DNA of 55,878 bases, filler included, from Sluysia triapertura (lineage: Eukaryota), in the NCBI GenBank assembly GCA_046118255.1. It is 4 parts of 4 records of this genome, joined end to end, with 100 filler letters (N's around TTAATTAATTAA, not from the genome) between each part and the next. Parts side by side here need not be neighbours in the genome. Positions count along the whole stretch, not along the records: positions 1 to 14,120 come from JBJNIA010005556.1; 3 more parts are not named here. One strand, 5' to 3'. The notes beneath the pieces were generated by a model. It ran no database searches. It was not told the DNA's origin and saw only the letters and a list, made by a program, of their open reading frames with translations. The position numbers were made by a program, and so were the translations under genes. Shown here piece by piece: positions 1 through 11,690 of the stretch; the stretch's first letter is position 1, and each line of letters starts with the position of its first letter.

Positions 1-749
1 TAATTTTATTAGTGATTTTGATCTAGGCGCATGCTTGGATTTTTTAATTTAACGATGATTTTACCTATATTTTAATGCAAAATTATTATTAATGCTTATC
101 TTATCAGAAATAAGCTTACTTATTCTGTGACCTTAATGTTGATAATTCCTAATGAAAATAGATCGAGTGTATGTTCCGAACACCTTGCCAAATTGATATT
201 CCAAAGAGGATAAATGAAATTTTTCCATGAATCGCTTTCAGCCAAATGAATTTACCAAAAATTTATGTTACAAGGTTTTTATTAAAAGAGTTTATGTTGA
301 GTTTTTGTTTAGAGTTATCTATATGTTTTTTAGAATGCCATTAATTATTTGTATTAGTCAGAAAAAATTAATTATATTAATTGTTTATTAGTCAGATAAT
401 TATAAATTAAAATTAGATCATTGATGATTCAAGTCGAGATAGTTAATTATATTTTTACGATTATTATTTAGTACTTTTAGAACTAGATTTATAATATTTT
501 CCGAAATTAAATTTATAATTAATTATTCTTTTTCAATTATTTACATTAACAATTTTTATTTATCAAATTATTTACATAATTACATCAACAATTATTAATT
601 ATTTACATTGCTTCCCAATTAGGGAAGATTCGTCTCGAATCATAAAAGCGTTACTATAAAAATATAATAAAACATAAGGGGTATAAAATCATGATAAAAT
701 GTAAGAATCACTAAAAAGGTTACTAATTAGGTGTAAATGTTAGTTTCAA

Positions 750-2085
750 TCATATAGGTCGACATCGGATTCGTCGCTCTAGGACGTTGGATCGACTGGG
801 CTACTCATGGATTGGTAGCGACCCTTCTAAGTTTTGAATACCGTATAAAGTCCGAATGGAATACGAGTCGGCCTAGGAGAATGAGCATGATCTCGCGACA
901 TCTAACATTTCGATGATGTTTTTGTTGATAATGAGGATGACGATGGTGTAAATTGGTGATGTTTTAACATTGGACGATGCCTGGTTTACATTTGATGTAG
1001 ACGAACCGCCGGTGGACATCGATGTGGATATTTTTGATAGTGTAGTTGGTGTTGTCGATGGCAATGATGTCGATGTTGATGTTGGTATTGACGTTGATTC
1101 TGATGTTCATGTAGCCACGAAAGCATCTTTAGACGGATTATACTTAGAAGACGTAGAGAAAAGCGAGGGAGAAGAAAGAGAGCAGTTCGGTATAAAAGTT
1201 AGATCCTTCTCACGGATTAGATCCAGTAGAGCAACCGTGATCAGGTCATACGAGGCGGTATCGGATATAGCAGTCTGAAAGTTTGTCCCTTAAAGTAGCA
1301 TTATCGGTCATATGACAAAAGATTATTATTTGTAAAGTTGATTAACCCCTTAAGCCATCCGAACGGTAGATTAAGATTCTCAATAATAAGACATGAGTTT
1401 AAAGACGCCATGATCCCAACAAAAAAGGGCGGACATTGTCAATATCCTTAGCGTCAGAGATATCCGAATCTTTAATCTTCTGAATGTCCGTCACAAAGTT
1501 TTTTATGCGTAATCGAGGTTTTTATATTTATATCTGTGTGGTATTGTTTAGAACATGGGATGCAAGATATCTGTGTAATATGAGGATGATTCAAAAAATC
1601 AAAAGCATATGAGTAGGCTATGTAAACCAATCGGTCCTCATAGGCGGATATAGGAGGAACATGTGTAAGAGAAGTTCCGTTCTGCCAACGCGCCATATTA
1701 GCAACATCGTCCTTGTATAGATTAGGGGGGAAGGATTGAAAAGAAGGTGGCAAGGGAAAAAAGGCAATTGATATAGGGTATTCAGTGGCTTCTACTACTA
1801 CATTACATTTTTGTGGATATTAGTAACATTCAATGAAGAGAAACTGTGGACTCCACTGTCTATCAAAGTAGTCTTAACGGCACCTCGTGCCACAACTAAA
1901 TACAAGGAGTTTATGGATTCAGGAACTTGAGAAAGGCCGTCTAGTGACACAAAAGGTGAGTTGGGAGTTAGCGGCAAGATATACGTGGCGAGATTGATAT
2001 TTAATTCTGACTTAAGACTATTGGGGGTTTCAACAGTACAAGAAAAGAAGGCAGAGTTGATACTTTCGTGGCAATACTTGTCCAT
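750..2085 (-). pseudogene. Degenerate ~1.3 kb orphan ORF with a Ser/Thr-rich C-terminal region
   Basis: ORFs 1798..2085, 1472..1753 and 873..1064 are collinear on the minus strand and separated by stops or frameshifts. The region is visibly GC-richer than its flanks and includes a TSESTSIPTSTSTSTSLPSTTPTT tract. No recognisable family. Confidence 0.45.
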
Positions 2086-2335
2086 TTATAAGTAAAAGTT
2101 TTTCTGTTGGTTAACTAACTTAGCTTGAATATGGCTATAAAAAGAAAAAGGTAACATAAAACCATAAATAAAAATTTTAAATAAGTAAGCTATTAATTTA
2201 TTATATCATTTTATTATATCATATAATAAATAAAATTAGGTAAATTTAGAAAATCTTATCTTTTCTTCATCAAAAAAGGATTAATAGGCTTAGAAGATTT
2301 CGGCAATTTCGCCTCTTTTTCCTTATAAAAGTGTT

Positions 2336-2823
2336 TTAGTTGACGCCTTCTTTTGCGTCTTTGTGATTTGGGGGAGGTCTTACCCACCCGTTCTTATTAA
2401 GGTTTCTTCTCTTAATAGCTGACACCGGTTGATAAATATCAATACCGGGCTTCTCTGAAGCATCCGTTATATACTTAACGTTAGAGGTATAAGAACGTCG
2501 GAATGTGCGCTTATAATACAGGGTTGTTCTGCATAATGGACAAACAGGTAAAGGTGACGGCGAAGATTCAAAAAGGTTGTATAGACAAAAACAATGGAAG
2601 CGGTGAAAACAGGGAGAAGTTTTTTGCAAAATACTTTCGAATGGAGCGGAGACAAATAGCGCAGGTATAATATGACATTGTCTAGCTGAAAAGAAAAATA
2701 TATAATAAGATGATAAATGAGTATTAATAAAAATATTAAAAATCATAAACCTAAATAAAAGTTCAGTAATATTTTAGTTTCTGCATGACTCGAGATGGAT
2801 GGTAGACCATCACATACAGTCAT
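2336..2823 (-). CDS. RING-H2-like zinc finger protein, two exons (2823-2751, 2685-2336); possibly degenerate
   Basis: Motif C-H-I-I...PCFHRFHCFCL...CPLCR matches RING-H2 (CxHxFHxxC...CPxC) but lacks the second Cys. A 65-nt GT-AG intron (2750-2686) joins an ATG exon in frame. Confidence 0.55.
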
Positions 2824-3199
2824 TTGCACGATCCTTACTATTTCTAACAACAAATTTATTATTTATTCTTATGATTTTAATATTACATATGACCCAAGGT
2901 GAATGGGAGTGCCATTACATATGGTCAATTATGTAATATGTATTAAAATTTATGTGAAAAAGTGGGCCCTATGCCTAATGAATAAGTAATAAAGTTAATC
3001 ATTAATGTTATTAAGGAAATCATTATTAAAATGTAATTAAAAGTTATGAAATTATTGTTGGGTTTCATTATAGTTGGGCATTCAGTATTTTCCTTACTCA
3101 TACTTATACTCATTTGTAATATTCGAACTCATATTCATGTTCATGTTATACGGCATATTCGTAAAATTGTTATTGATTTTAAGCGTTTTTTTTGATTTC

Positions 3200-3650
3200 G
3201 TTTCCGAATCATTTTCGTACTTATCTATAACTGGTACTTATATATCATGATATGTGATTGTTGGCCAAAATCCTTTTGTATTTCCGTTTTTCTTAATATC
3301 CAAAATTTGATAAACATGAGTTTATTATTTGGGATATGATATAAGCGAATAGTATCGTTAGGTAATATCATTCCGTAACGTAAAACGTCCACAATTCATA
3401 TGCAATTATTAATGTATTACTATATAATGGATTATGGATGCATACGATATTTCCCAGATAACGATAGATAATCATTGGAAATTCAATTGATGTCGATGAT
3501 TGTTGAACAACAAACGACTGAAATCCTTAAAATACTTGAAATAAAATCATTGTTGTTAATATTAGAGGTAAGTTTAATATGGTAGTTATTAACATAACGA
3601 AGTATCGGTGAAGGTGAAAGGATCTATAACATTCTGAGAACTTTATAGAG
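3200..3650 (-). pseudogene. Degenerate member of orphan family 'X'
   Basis: NNYHIKL...NDFISSILRISVV aligns by eye with NFHIKF...IEMMQSELRMAMV of the gene at 30720-31215. Contains several stops; boundaries approximate. Confidence 0.4.
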
Positions 3651-4938
3651 TACTAATCAGTTTTAGAATCTTAATACAACCTTTAAACATAAGATTAAGT
3701 CTAAAATACATTAATTAATTAAAACTAATTAAAAGTACGTTTTTCTGATTAACGTTTGAATACGGAATGTTATGTTAAATTTGAAGCTGAGCATGTATTT
3801 TCAAATTTTCGATGAAGGTATGGTATGATCGTGTTCTTGCAAGGAAAGCCTTAATATTGTCAAATTTTAATTCTTAATTTTAATTCTTAAATGTTAATTT
3901 TTTGTACTTAGAATGATGAAAGGATAATGAATTAGATATGAGATGATAACTATGTAAGAAAAAAATCTAGAGCTAATTTTGAAATGTCTGTAGTGTGGTT
4001 TGTTCTAGAATTTACTGAGTTTTGACCCTATAATCTTGGCCACACCATTGACATAACTTCGAATAGTATTCAATTGTGCCAGCCTCAAAAACTTCATAAT
4101 GTAGACATAGGAACTTTTATTTCTTTTTGAATATTACTTTAGCAGCCTTTTATATTGCTTTGAGTTTAATATGATCCGAAATAATCGACAAAATTTTAAA
4201 ATTTTTAATTTCGTAACATATAAATGTATATGATCGTTTTGTACGATTTCTTTTATTTTTGATAGCTGAATCTCGTAATTGAAATTCTTCGATTTTGTTC
4301 TGATAAATGAGGTCTATTCAATTGATAATTTATTAAACTATTAGTAAAATTAATGAATTTAAAGATTTTATAAAGAATAAATTGTTTATTAAGAAAAATA
4401 TTTAGTATATTTAGTATATTTAGTATACTATCTGAAAACTCACAAAAATAAATTTACCTTAATTTAGAGCTAGCCTATAGTCCATGTTTTATTTCCTTAC
4501 AGAGAACGTAGCTACATAATTTTCTTCTGAATAAAGTTTTTTAATATTTATTAGGGTCTTGTATAATTTCACATTTAATTCGATTAAAGTAATTCTTTTC
4601 TCAGGGATTTTATCAAGGTATACATGATTAATGATAATATTTTTTGATATTTATAGACACTAATTAAATTTGTAATAGATTTAACTAAATTAATAGGATT
4701 AATTGATGAAGGTTCATTGTAAATTTATAATAAAAATTTACATTGGAGTTTAACAAATAAGTAAACACTCAAATTCCTAAATTTATTGTTATGAAATAAA
4801 CTAAAATCTTCAATTTTAATCATTTTTCGAATATGCCATGTTTTCCGATGCTCATGTACTTAACTAAATAAAAATACGCAATTAAAATATCGTCAAGGTA
4901 ATTATAATTAATGTTTACTTTATTGTGGTTGGAAGAAT

Positions 4939-5658
4939 TCACATGTAGTAAGATTGTAGAGTTGTTGATAGTTTTATTGGTTTCATATTGAGGTCTGCAA
5001 TCGAGCGAGCTATTCTATTGTCGTGTGAGAGACGAATTGCTGAATCGATTGAGTGTAAGTATTTACATCCGTGACTACATTTTTTGCATGTTCCATCTTG
5101 CATTGTCTCATATGAACAAAGAGCCCTTTTATAGTACATATTAAAATTTGTTGAACTAGGACCAATTTTAATATGATAAGAATCAACAATTTTTAATTCA
5201 TTGAAATTTAGATTCGTAACAATATCCTCTGAATCACATGTATAACTTAATTCGGAAAATTCATTATTTTCAATCGTCTAAAATTCTTTTTATTATTATT
5301 TTTGTCGTAAAACATTACCGATTTTTTGAGTTGGTTGGTAACTTGTCAATTTACTTGACTCATCCATTACTACATATTGAATAGAATAATAAAAAATTTC
5401 TCGAATTCTGTTCTTATGATGCAATACGATCAAAAGTTGATTGGGATTAGCTACTACAATATCAACGTCACAAACACTAAGTTGTATAATTTCATACATC
5501 GCATCTACATTTCGAATTAACTCCACCATCTTTAGATTCACTCCTTCGACTGATCTCATTGTTTTCCACTTTCTTGTATTATTAATTTGATTGTAGGAAC
5601 TGGTAGTTATTTCACTATCAGTTTCAGATAAATCTATAATATTTCTACGTCTGATCAT
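4939..5658 (-). pseudogene. CCCH zinc finger protein, copy A (broken near 5295)
   Basis: ORF 5296..5658 is followed by an open stretch in frame with ORF 4939..5139. YKRALC-x9-C-x6-C-x3-H resembles the YKTELC lead-in of TTP-type CCCH fingers. Homologous to 39380-40348. Confidence 0.55.
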
Positions 5659-6079
5659 AATTGGTGTAATGTTGTCGGAGTTGAATGGAATTTAACCATT
5701 TTAATTTAGTAATGTTTAAGAGATCAAACATTTTAATCATGCTTGGTTTTTACGTTTTCTTTTTAATCTTTTATTCTAATTTTCAATTCTGTTTGTTTAT
5801 TTGATTTTTTAATTTTTGCTTTTTATGATTCACCTACTTTACCACTCTCAAAATTTTTAAACAATCAGTCTGTACTCTGTAAATTGTCGTTCTTTAACCA
5901 CTAATAATTATTCTATTGCATGTATCCTTACTTTAAATTTTAAAGTTTTTATTTTTCATTTCACTATTTTGTTCATTGTCATTGGTTGCCACTAAGAAAT
6001 CTGTATACACAGAGCTTGACAATCGTACACCGCGATTGGACGTCACTCATGTATGATGATTCTTTGAAAGTAATGAAAC

Positions 6080-6097
6080 TGATTGGACGTCCAATCA
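6080..6097. promoter_or_regulatory. Perfect 18-bp palindrome TGATTGGACGTCCAATCA (inverted CCAAT boxes around GACGTC)
   Basis: Seen directly, with an extra half-site at about 6034. The same 16-bp core recurs at 40730-40745. Both lie about 0.4 kb upstream of a CCCH gene. Confidence 0.5.
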
Positions 6098-7075
6098 AAT
6101 GAAATTGGTTTGTTAATTTATGTGCCATCCGTATGAATTGATGCAAACACACTCTTATGTGTATAGAAATGGTTGAATTAATTAATTTAATACATTTATT
6201 GATTTTAAGCAATCTTAACGCTATCAATAGTGACAGTTAATGTGGTTGGAAACAAAAAGGTTGGTTTTACGTAATTATTTTTTACACTAATAATAATAAT
6301 AATAATACAAATGATAATAATATTGTAATGATGAAATGATAATAATAATAATAATAATACACTAAAATTGAAAACATAAATATTCTAAAAATCATAAACA
6401 CGATCTTTCTTTTCGTTCTTTTGTTTCTAGACATATATAAATTCTTTTGAAAACTGATTAAATTAATATTCTATCTGAATTCTTTTGAAGAAGACCTTAT
6501 TCGGTGATTTACGATGTGATTGTGATATTTAATGTTATGAGACAAAGAATAAAATTGTTTTAAGTAACTTTTTAAATGTATCGGTAATTAAAGGTGTAGT
6601 TTGTAATTGTGATGCTATGAATTAATGAATGAAGTGTTTCAAATGAATTTTTAAATGAAGATGAGTAGTTTTGATTGAAGGAAAGTTTGGAACAATAAAA
6701 TTTGTAAATTGAAAACATCTGGAGTACAATTTGATGTATATTAATGGTTTCGGGTGTAATTATGATTTAAATGTTGGATTATAAAATAGGAATGTTTTGA
6801 AAAAGTTAGAATAAGATTTTAGTGGATGTAAAAAAATAAAATCTGAAAAAGGTTTTGAAGTAAAATAGCAAAATGTTGTAGAATGTTATTTTATGTGAAA
6901 TGTGTTGGATTGGGTTTGCAATGTTTTGAATTAATTTTTTAAGTAATTCTTTAATGATTTTCGATGTTGGGTATGATTGAAATGATATGAATTTTCCTGT
7001 TTAGAATGTTTGGAAGTATTACAAATTGTGGGATGTTCTGAAGTGCGGTTGTGTATTGATAACAGAAAATATTGA

Positions 7076-7364
7076 GCTGACCACCAAAAGATGCGAAACT
7101 GTTTTATTTTAATTATTTCCTTAATAAGTCTAATAATAATTGTTCAATAATTATATTTCTAATTTTAAGAATTACAAGGACCTTAAGTCCATTTCGAAAC
7201 TACTTTATTTTATTCATTTTATCGATAAAGCAAATAATATTTTAATAATTTGTTAGAATACCTTTATTTTTAACAATTAAGGACCTTAAGTTCGTTTTGA
7301 ACTTAAATTCTAATTCGAAACAAATTTTCAATCAAACAATATCTCGGCCATCACACTCTTCCCT
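7076..7364 (-). mobile_element. Putative LTR (7355-7092) with upstream polypurine tract and downstream PBS-like motif
   Basis: The minus strand reads AGGGAAGAG|TGTGATGG...AATAAA...TTCGCA, then 5 nt, then TGGTGGTCAGC. The termini TGTGA/TCGCA are near-inverted. No second LTR was found in the window. Confidence 0.4.
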
Positions 7365-7917
7365 ATTACCTGATCATTTTTAAACGATAGTAGTTGCAAC
7401 ACTAAAGAACAGATCATTTATAAACATAAATCTTTAAACATAACTACTTTAAAATTATTTATATCTATATTCTTGTGAATTTTCTTATCACCCATCTCAA
7501 TAAAACAGAGTAGCATTAAACATTTTAATTTTTATAGTGCTCTGGTTTTCTTAACTCTAACCTATTTCAAAATAAATAAAATGACAATAAAATGACTTTT
7601 GACTTTTAACTGTTAATTTCTTAAACTTCAGTGTACTTTATATAGTAAAGTAATATATTACTCAATTGATATAACCGTTCCTTTTAATTTATATAATAGC
7701 TAGAGGGTCTTTAAAAAAATTTTTAACACATCATCAATTATATTAATGAAATCAAATAAAAAGGTTCTAAATCATAAATAAAAATTAATTAACAGACGAG
7801 AATAAAAATAGTTATTTTAAAATTAAAACCATAAGAATATTTAATTAAAATTCTTAAGATTGAAATTGTAAAATTTTACCTTCATTAAATCGGGATTACG
7901 AAAATATATTAAAACAA

Positions 7918-9498
7918 AAATTTAAGTGTTTTTGTGCGATGGATAAGGACCGCATAAAAGAAAACACATTAAAAGGATCACATAAAACTTCGCGAGTACC
8001 TATAAAAATATTTTTCGAAACAATATTAATAATTTTTTTTATGCAGTGAATAGGGACCGCATAAAAAATCTCACTTATAAAATAACTCATAACCTTAATT
8101 GCTTTTTTAAACGAAATCAAGACACGAGACTTGGCAGCTACTTCGAATCTCGCAAAACCTTTTGGAGCCTGATTTAGAAAAAACACATGCTAACATTGTT
8201 AAATATTTTATTTATATGTATTTATTTTAGACATATAAAACTTTTCAAAATGTATAACTATCCTTCATAGTCTGACAATACGCGAGATTTCTTGAGGTAA
8301 ACTGGTTCAAAGTCACTTTCGTCACTTGAAGGTACTTCTCCTCGGACTGGTTTTCAGTTGACCGTTTTTGAGTAATCATGTAGCTGGTGATGAGTTTTTG
8401 CGATATCTGTTGTTTGACTAGACGCTTGTATGTCTCGGTAGCCAGACATAAAAGATTGAAGCTCCTTTTGGAATTTTGAAGTCGTTCAGAATTTGAATCG
8501 ATTTCACAAAATGACATTCCAATTCATGACAAAGTTGGAGTCCTTTATAAATGTTTTCTTCCTGTCCATCATCACTATCTGTAACGTAATTTAAAATGTC
8601 CTCTTCCCTTAAGGCTCCATCCTGAATAATTTCAACGAGATCATCTTCACTATAAGTATCAAATCCATCTCCGCCGATGCCATGTGCTAGCGTTACGATT
8701 TCTGTTGTCAACATTGATGTGTTATCGGTAGCACTTCTATTAATGACACATTCCGACCAGGCTGCTTTCCAGCATGTATTTAATGTATTGTTTTATTTCA
8801 TCGATTGCTGCAGTCCAATATCGAAAATTTTTTCCAAGAGATGTGGATATCCTTCACCTTCTGCTGTACGTTTTAAAATTGTTGTTTTCGTTTCTAATGA
8901 AATAACCTTCCTCTTGGCTTTGGTTTTGTCCTTATTCATTTTCAGGGATTTTGTCTAAACAAAATAAGAATCCAAAATAGAAAAAGTAATAAATTTACCT
9001 TAAATTTACGCTTTCATGTGATTCCTATCTTAATGCTCCAGGAATGTGAAAGCACTTTGATAAACGTCAATTAACATTAGTTTTAAAATTAAAACAAACA
9101 TTATATTCTTTATTAAATCACGTTATTTACTAAACTTGTCAGTTGTGCATATCAAAGATGAATGAAAAAACTACTCTTTGCTCCCATCAAGTAAACTTCT
9201 ACCTACTCGTTAAAACAAAGGATGAGACTAGTCGCCAACAATCTCATTAGCAAACAACCAACATAACAAGACACGCAATCCTTTTCAGGAAAACCCCAAC
9301 AAACACGATGCAGATGTCCTTTAATGTTTACTTGTGATCAATGCATTTTTGCATTGCTACCCAAAAATTCAATCGCAATATTGTATTGCACATTTTATTC
9401 GTTGACATTGAAATTATTGTCAGTTCAACAATTAAATTATGAGATCGCACAAATAAAAGATCGCATAAAAAAGGACCGCATAAAAACATGTTTGAGTA
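7918..9498 (-). mobile_element. Internally deleted pogo/Tigger DNA transposon
   Basis: From ATG 8939, KRKVISLETKTTILKR..EGEG (CENP-B/psq HTH start) joins directly to the Tigger C-terminal motif AIDEIK..LNTCWKAAWSECV..EIVTLAHGIGGDGF; the DDE domain is absent. Inverted ends are of the TGTTTTT(A/G)TGCG type, with subterminal GGACCGCATAAAA repeats. Confidence 0.8.
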
Positions 9499-10169
9499 TT
9501 TTAAGATTTCGACTCCAAGAACCAAAATCACCTATCAATAAAATAACTTACTAAATATATAAAAAAATTTTCCAAATGTTATTAATTTACTGGATTCAAA
9601 ATTGATTTTTTGAGGAAAAAATATAGTAATGTCGCCTATAATCTTTTTAATAAAAAATGATATTGAATTCTGTTCATTATAATTCAACCGTGGTAGTATA
9701 TAATAAAATTATAGAATTTATTATATAGAAAATACTATTAGAAAATACAATTTTCTTCTTCTTGAAAACTTTTCTTTTTTCGAAAATTAACTATTTTTTG
9801 TATTTTTAATATTTTAAACATTAAAATTTGGTCGAATTTTGCAAATGCAATTTCTAAGTATTACATTTTTCACTCGATGTGATTCCTTTTTGATGAGAGC
9901 TCCTGAGTTCGGAAGTTATTTTCTACTTTTACCTATTGGCTTGTTATATTAGTAGTCGAATAAGATGACACGGATTAAAAAAAGAAAATTAAGTGATTTT
10001 TTAAACCAGTTAAAGCTCAAAATATGAAATAATTTTGACTTTAATTAAATCACTATTTTTAGAAATCAGAAATTAGAGAATCAAATAGTAATTTCGAATA
10101 TAAAAAATTTACAGAATAAAAATTATGGAAATATAAACACATTCTTAAAAGTATAATTTTTGTACTTAC

Positions 10170-10364
10170 GTCAGATACAGTTAATGTAATTGGCATTCCG
10201 ATGCTAGCTGCTAAAAATCTACGAAACATTTCTTCTTTTTCGCGACATGTCCTTGTAAAAAAATAGAATGAATTATTTGAATTTAGGACATTTAAGTTAT
10301 CTGATGACTTTGATTTTATTGCATTACCTATAAAAATTGAACTTGGATTCATTTTTTCTTCATT
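10170..10364 (-). pseudogene. TEX2: Isolated exon resembling the end of the TEX2 PH-like domain
   Basis: FYFFTRTCREKEEMFRRFLAAS compares with remembered TEX2 LYLFGRTGREKEEWFRRFILAS. The 65-codon exon is bounded by TTTAG and GTAAGT. Flanking TEX2 exons were not found, so functional status is uncertain. Confidence 0.55.
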
Positions 10365-10519
10365 CTAAATATAAATAATTAATATGTAGATAAATTAAAA
10401 ATAGACATGAAAATAAAATTAAATATTTACAACATTAAATTTCACCTTAAATATTTTAATTAATTAATTAATTAATCAAGAATAATAATAATATTATGTT
10501 ACGGCATTTCTCCCTATTT

Positions 10520-10559
10520 ACAATAATAAATTAACTACTACTACTACTACTACTACTAC

Positions 10560-10600
<41 letters not shown>

Positions 10601-10901
10601 GGGCAAAAATGTTATGGTTTTAATATTAATAGTAATAATAGCAATATAGCAATAATAGCTTTGTGGAATGCTTAATATATTTTAAAATATTTTGAAAACG
10701 TTATTTTTATTTTGCTCAAGAACCGATAATAAATTAACAATAATAAATTAACTAATAATAATAATAATAATAGTCATAATAATAATAATAATATAATAAT
10801 AATAATAGTCATAATAATAATAAGAGTGCAAAAATGTAACGGCTTTAATAAAATTAATAGTAATAATAGCAATATAGCAACATAGCTTTGTGGAATGCTT
10901 A
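10520..10901. repeat. Tandem duplication (period ~220 bp) containing (ACT)n/(AAT)n microsatellites
   Basis: ACAATAATAAATTAACTA...(AAT)n...GCAAAAATGT...AATAGTAATAATAGCAATATAGCAA...AGCTTTGTGGAATGCTTAA occurs twice. Confidence 0.8.
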
Positions 10902-11285
10902 ACGAACATTTATTTGCACAAGATTTGTCATTTGAATCAGAAGATAGTCACTTAAAGAGCCGACCTGGCGGTGGAGAGCCGGACTTGCATTAATGCATGT
11001 TCGCATGTTTAAAAAATGCAATACTCATATCTTATGAACCACACAAGATGTACAGTTTATATGATTCGGTATGATAAAGAAATGTTGAAACTAAAAAACA
11101 AAAATCAAAACCTTAAAAGATTTGAAGAGTTTTTATGTTTGATTAAAAATAATACTTATGCATATTATTTTGGTTTATTCCTTTCCTGGTTTCTTTTAGT
11201 CTTGGCAGTTATAAAATTAAGAAATGATAACATATAGTAACGAAATTATTTTTTATAAATTATTTGAATGACAAATAACTCTAAT

Positions 11286-11690
11286 ATGACGCAGCAACAA
11301 AAGAAAGAATCTAATTTAACATTGGATGAGCTTAGCAGTCAAGTAAAATAAACAGTAATGATTTTAGAAAGTCTTAGAATGGATTATATTTCTAACTTGG
11401 AAAATTTATCAGATTCTCAAGATAATTTTATGCGAAGTTATCAAAAATCAATTAAAACTACCGAGGAAGGAATAATTGAATGCAATTTACCTTTTCAATT
11501 GCTTAATTATGTTGAAAATTGTCAAGCTGAAATGATTAGATTAAAAAGTCATTAACACAAGAAAATAATTGGTGACGAGATGAATTAACTGGAACTCAAA
11601 ATAGATTAGAATGCAGTGAAAATAAATATTTCGAGTTTATACAAGAAATGTGTCAATATGATTCTGTTGAAAAGAAAGAAATTTGTTTTA
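11286..11690 (+). pseudogene. KLC: Kinesin light chain N-terminal heptad region, pseudogene fragment
   Basis: LTLDELSSQVK*TVMILESLR...LTQENNW*RDELTGTQNRLECSE...FEFIQEMCQYD matches KLC LTQDEII..QVIQGLEAL...LCQENQWLRDELANTQQKLQKSE...LEFMNQLKKYD. Stops at 11349 and 11573, a frameshift near 11551, small deletions, and no TPR repeats follow. Confidence 0.85.

Noticed and set aside
970-1278. Acidic Asp/Val-rich ORF on the plus strand
   Set aside because: Most simply the antisense shadow of the Ser/Thr-rich minus-strand ORF.
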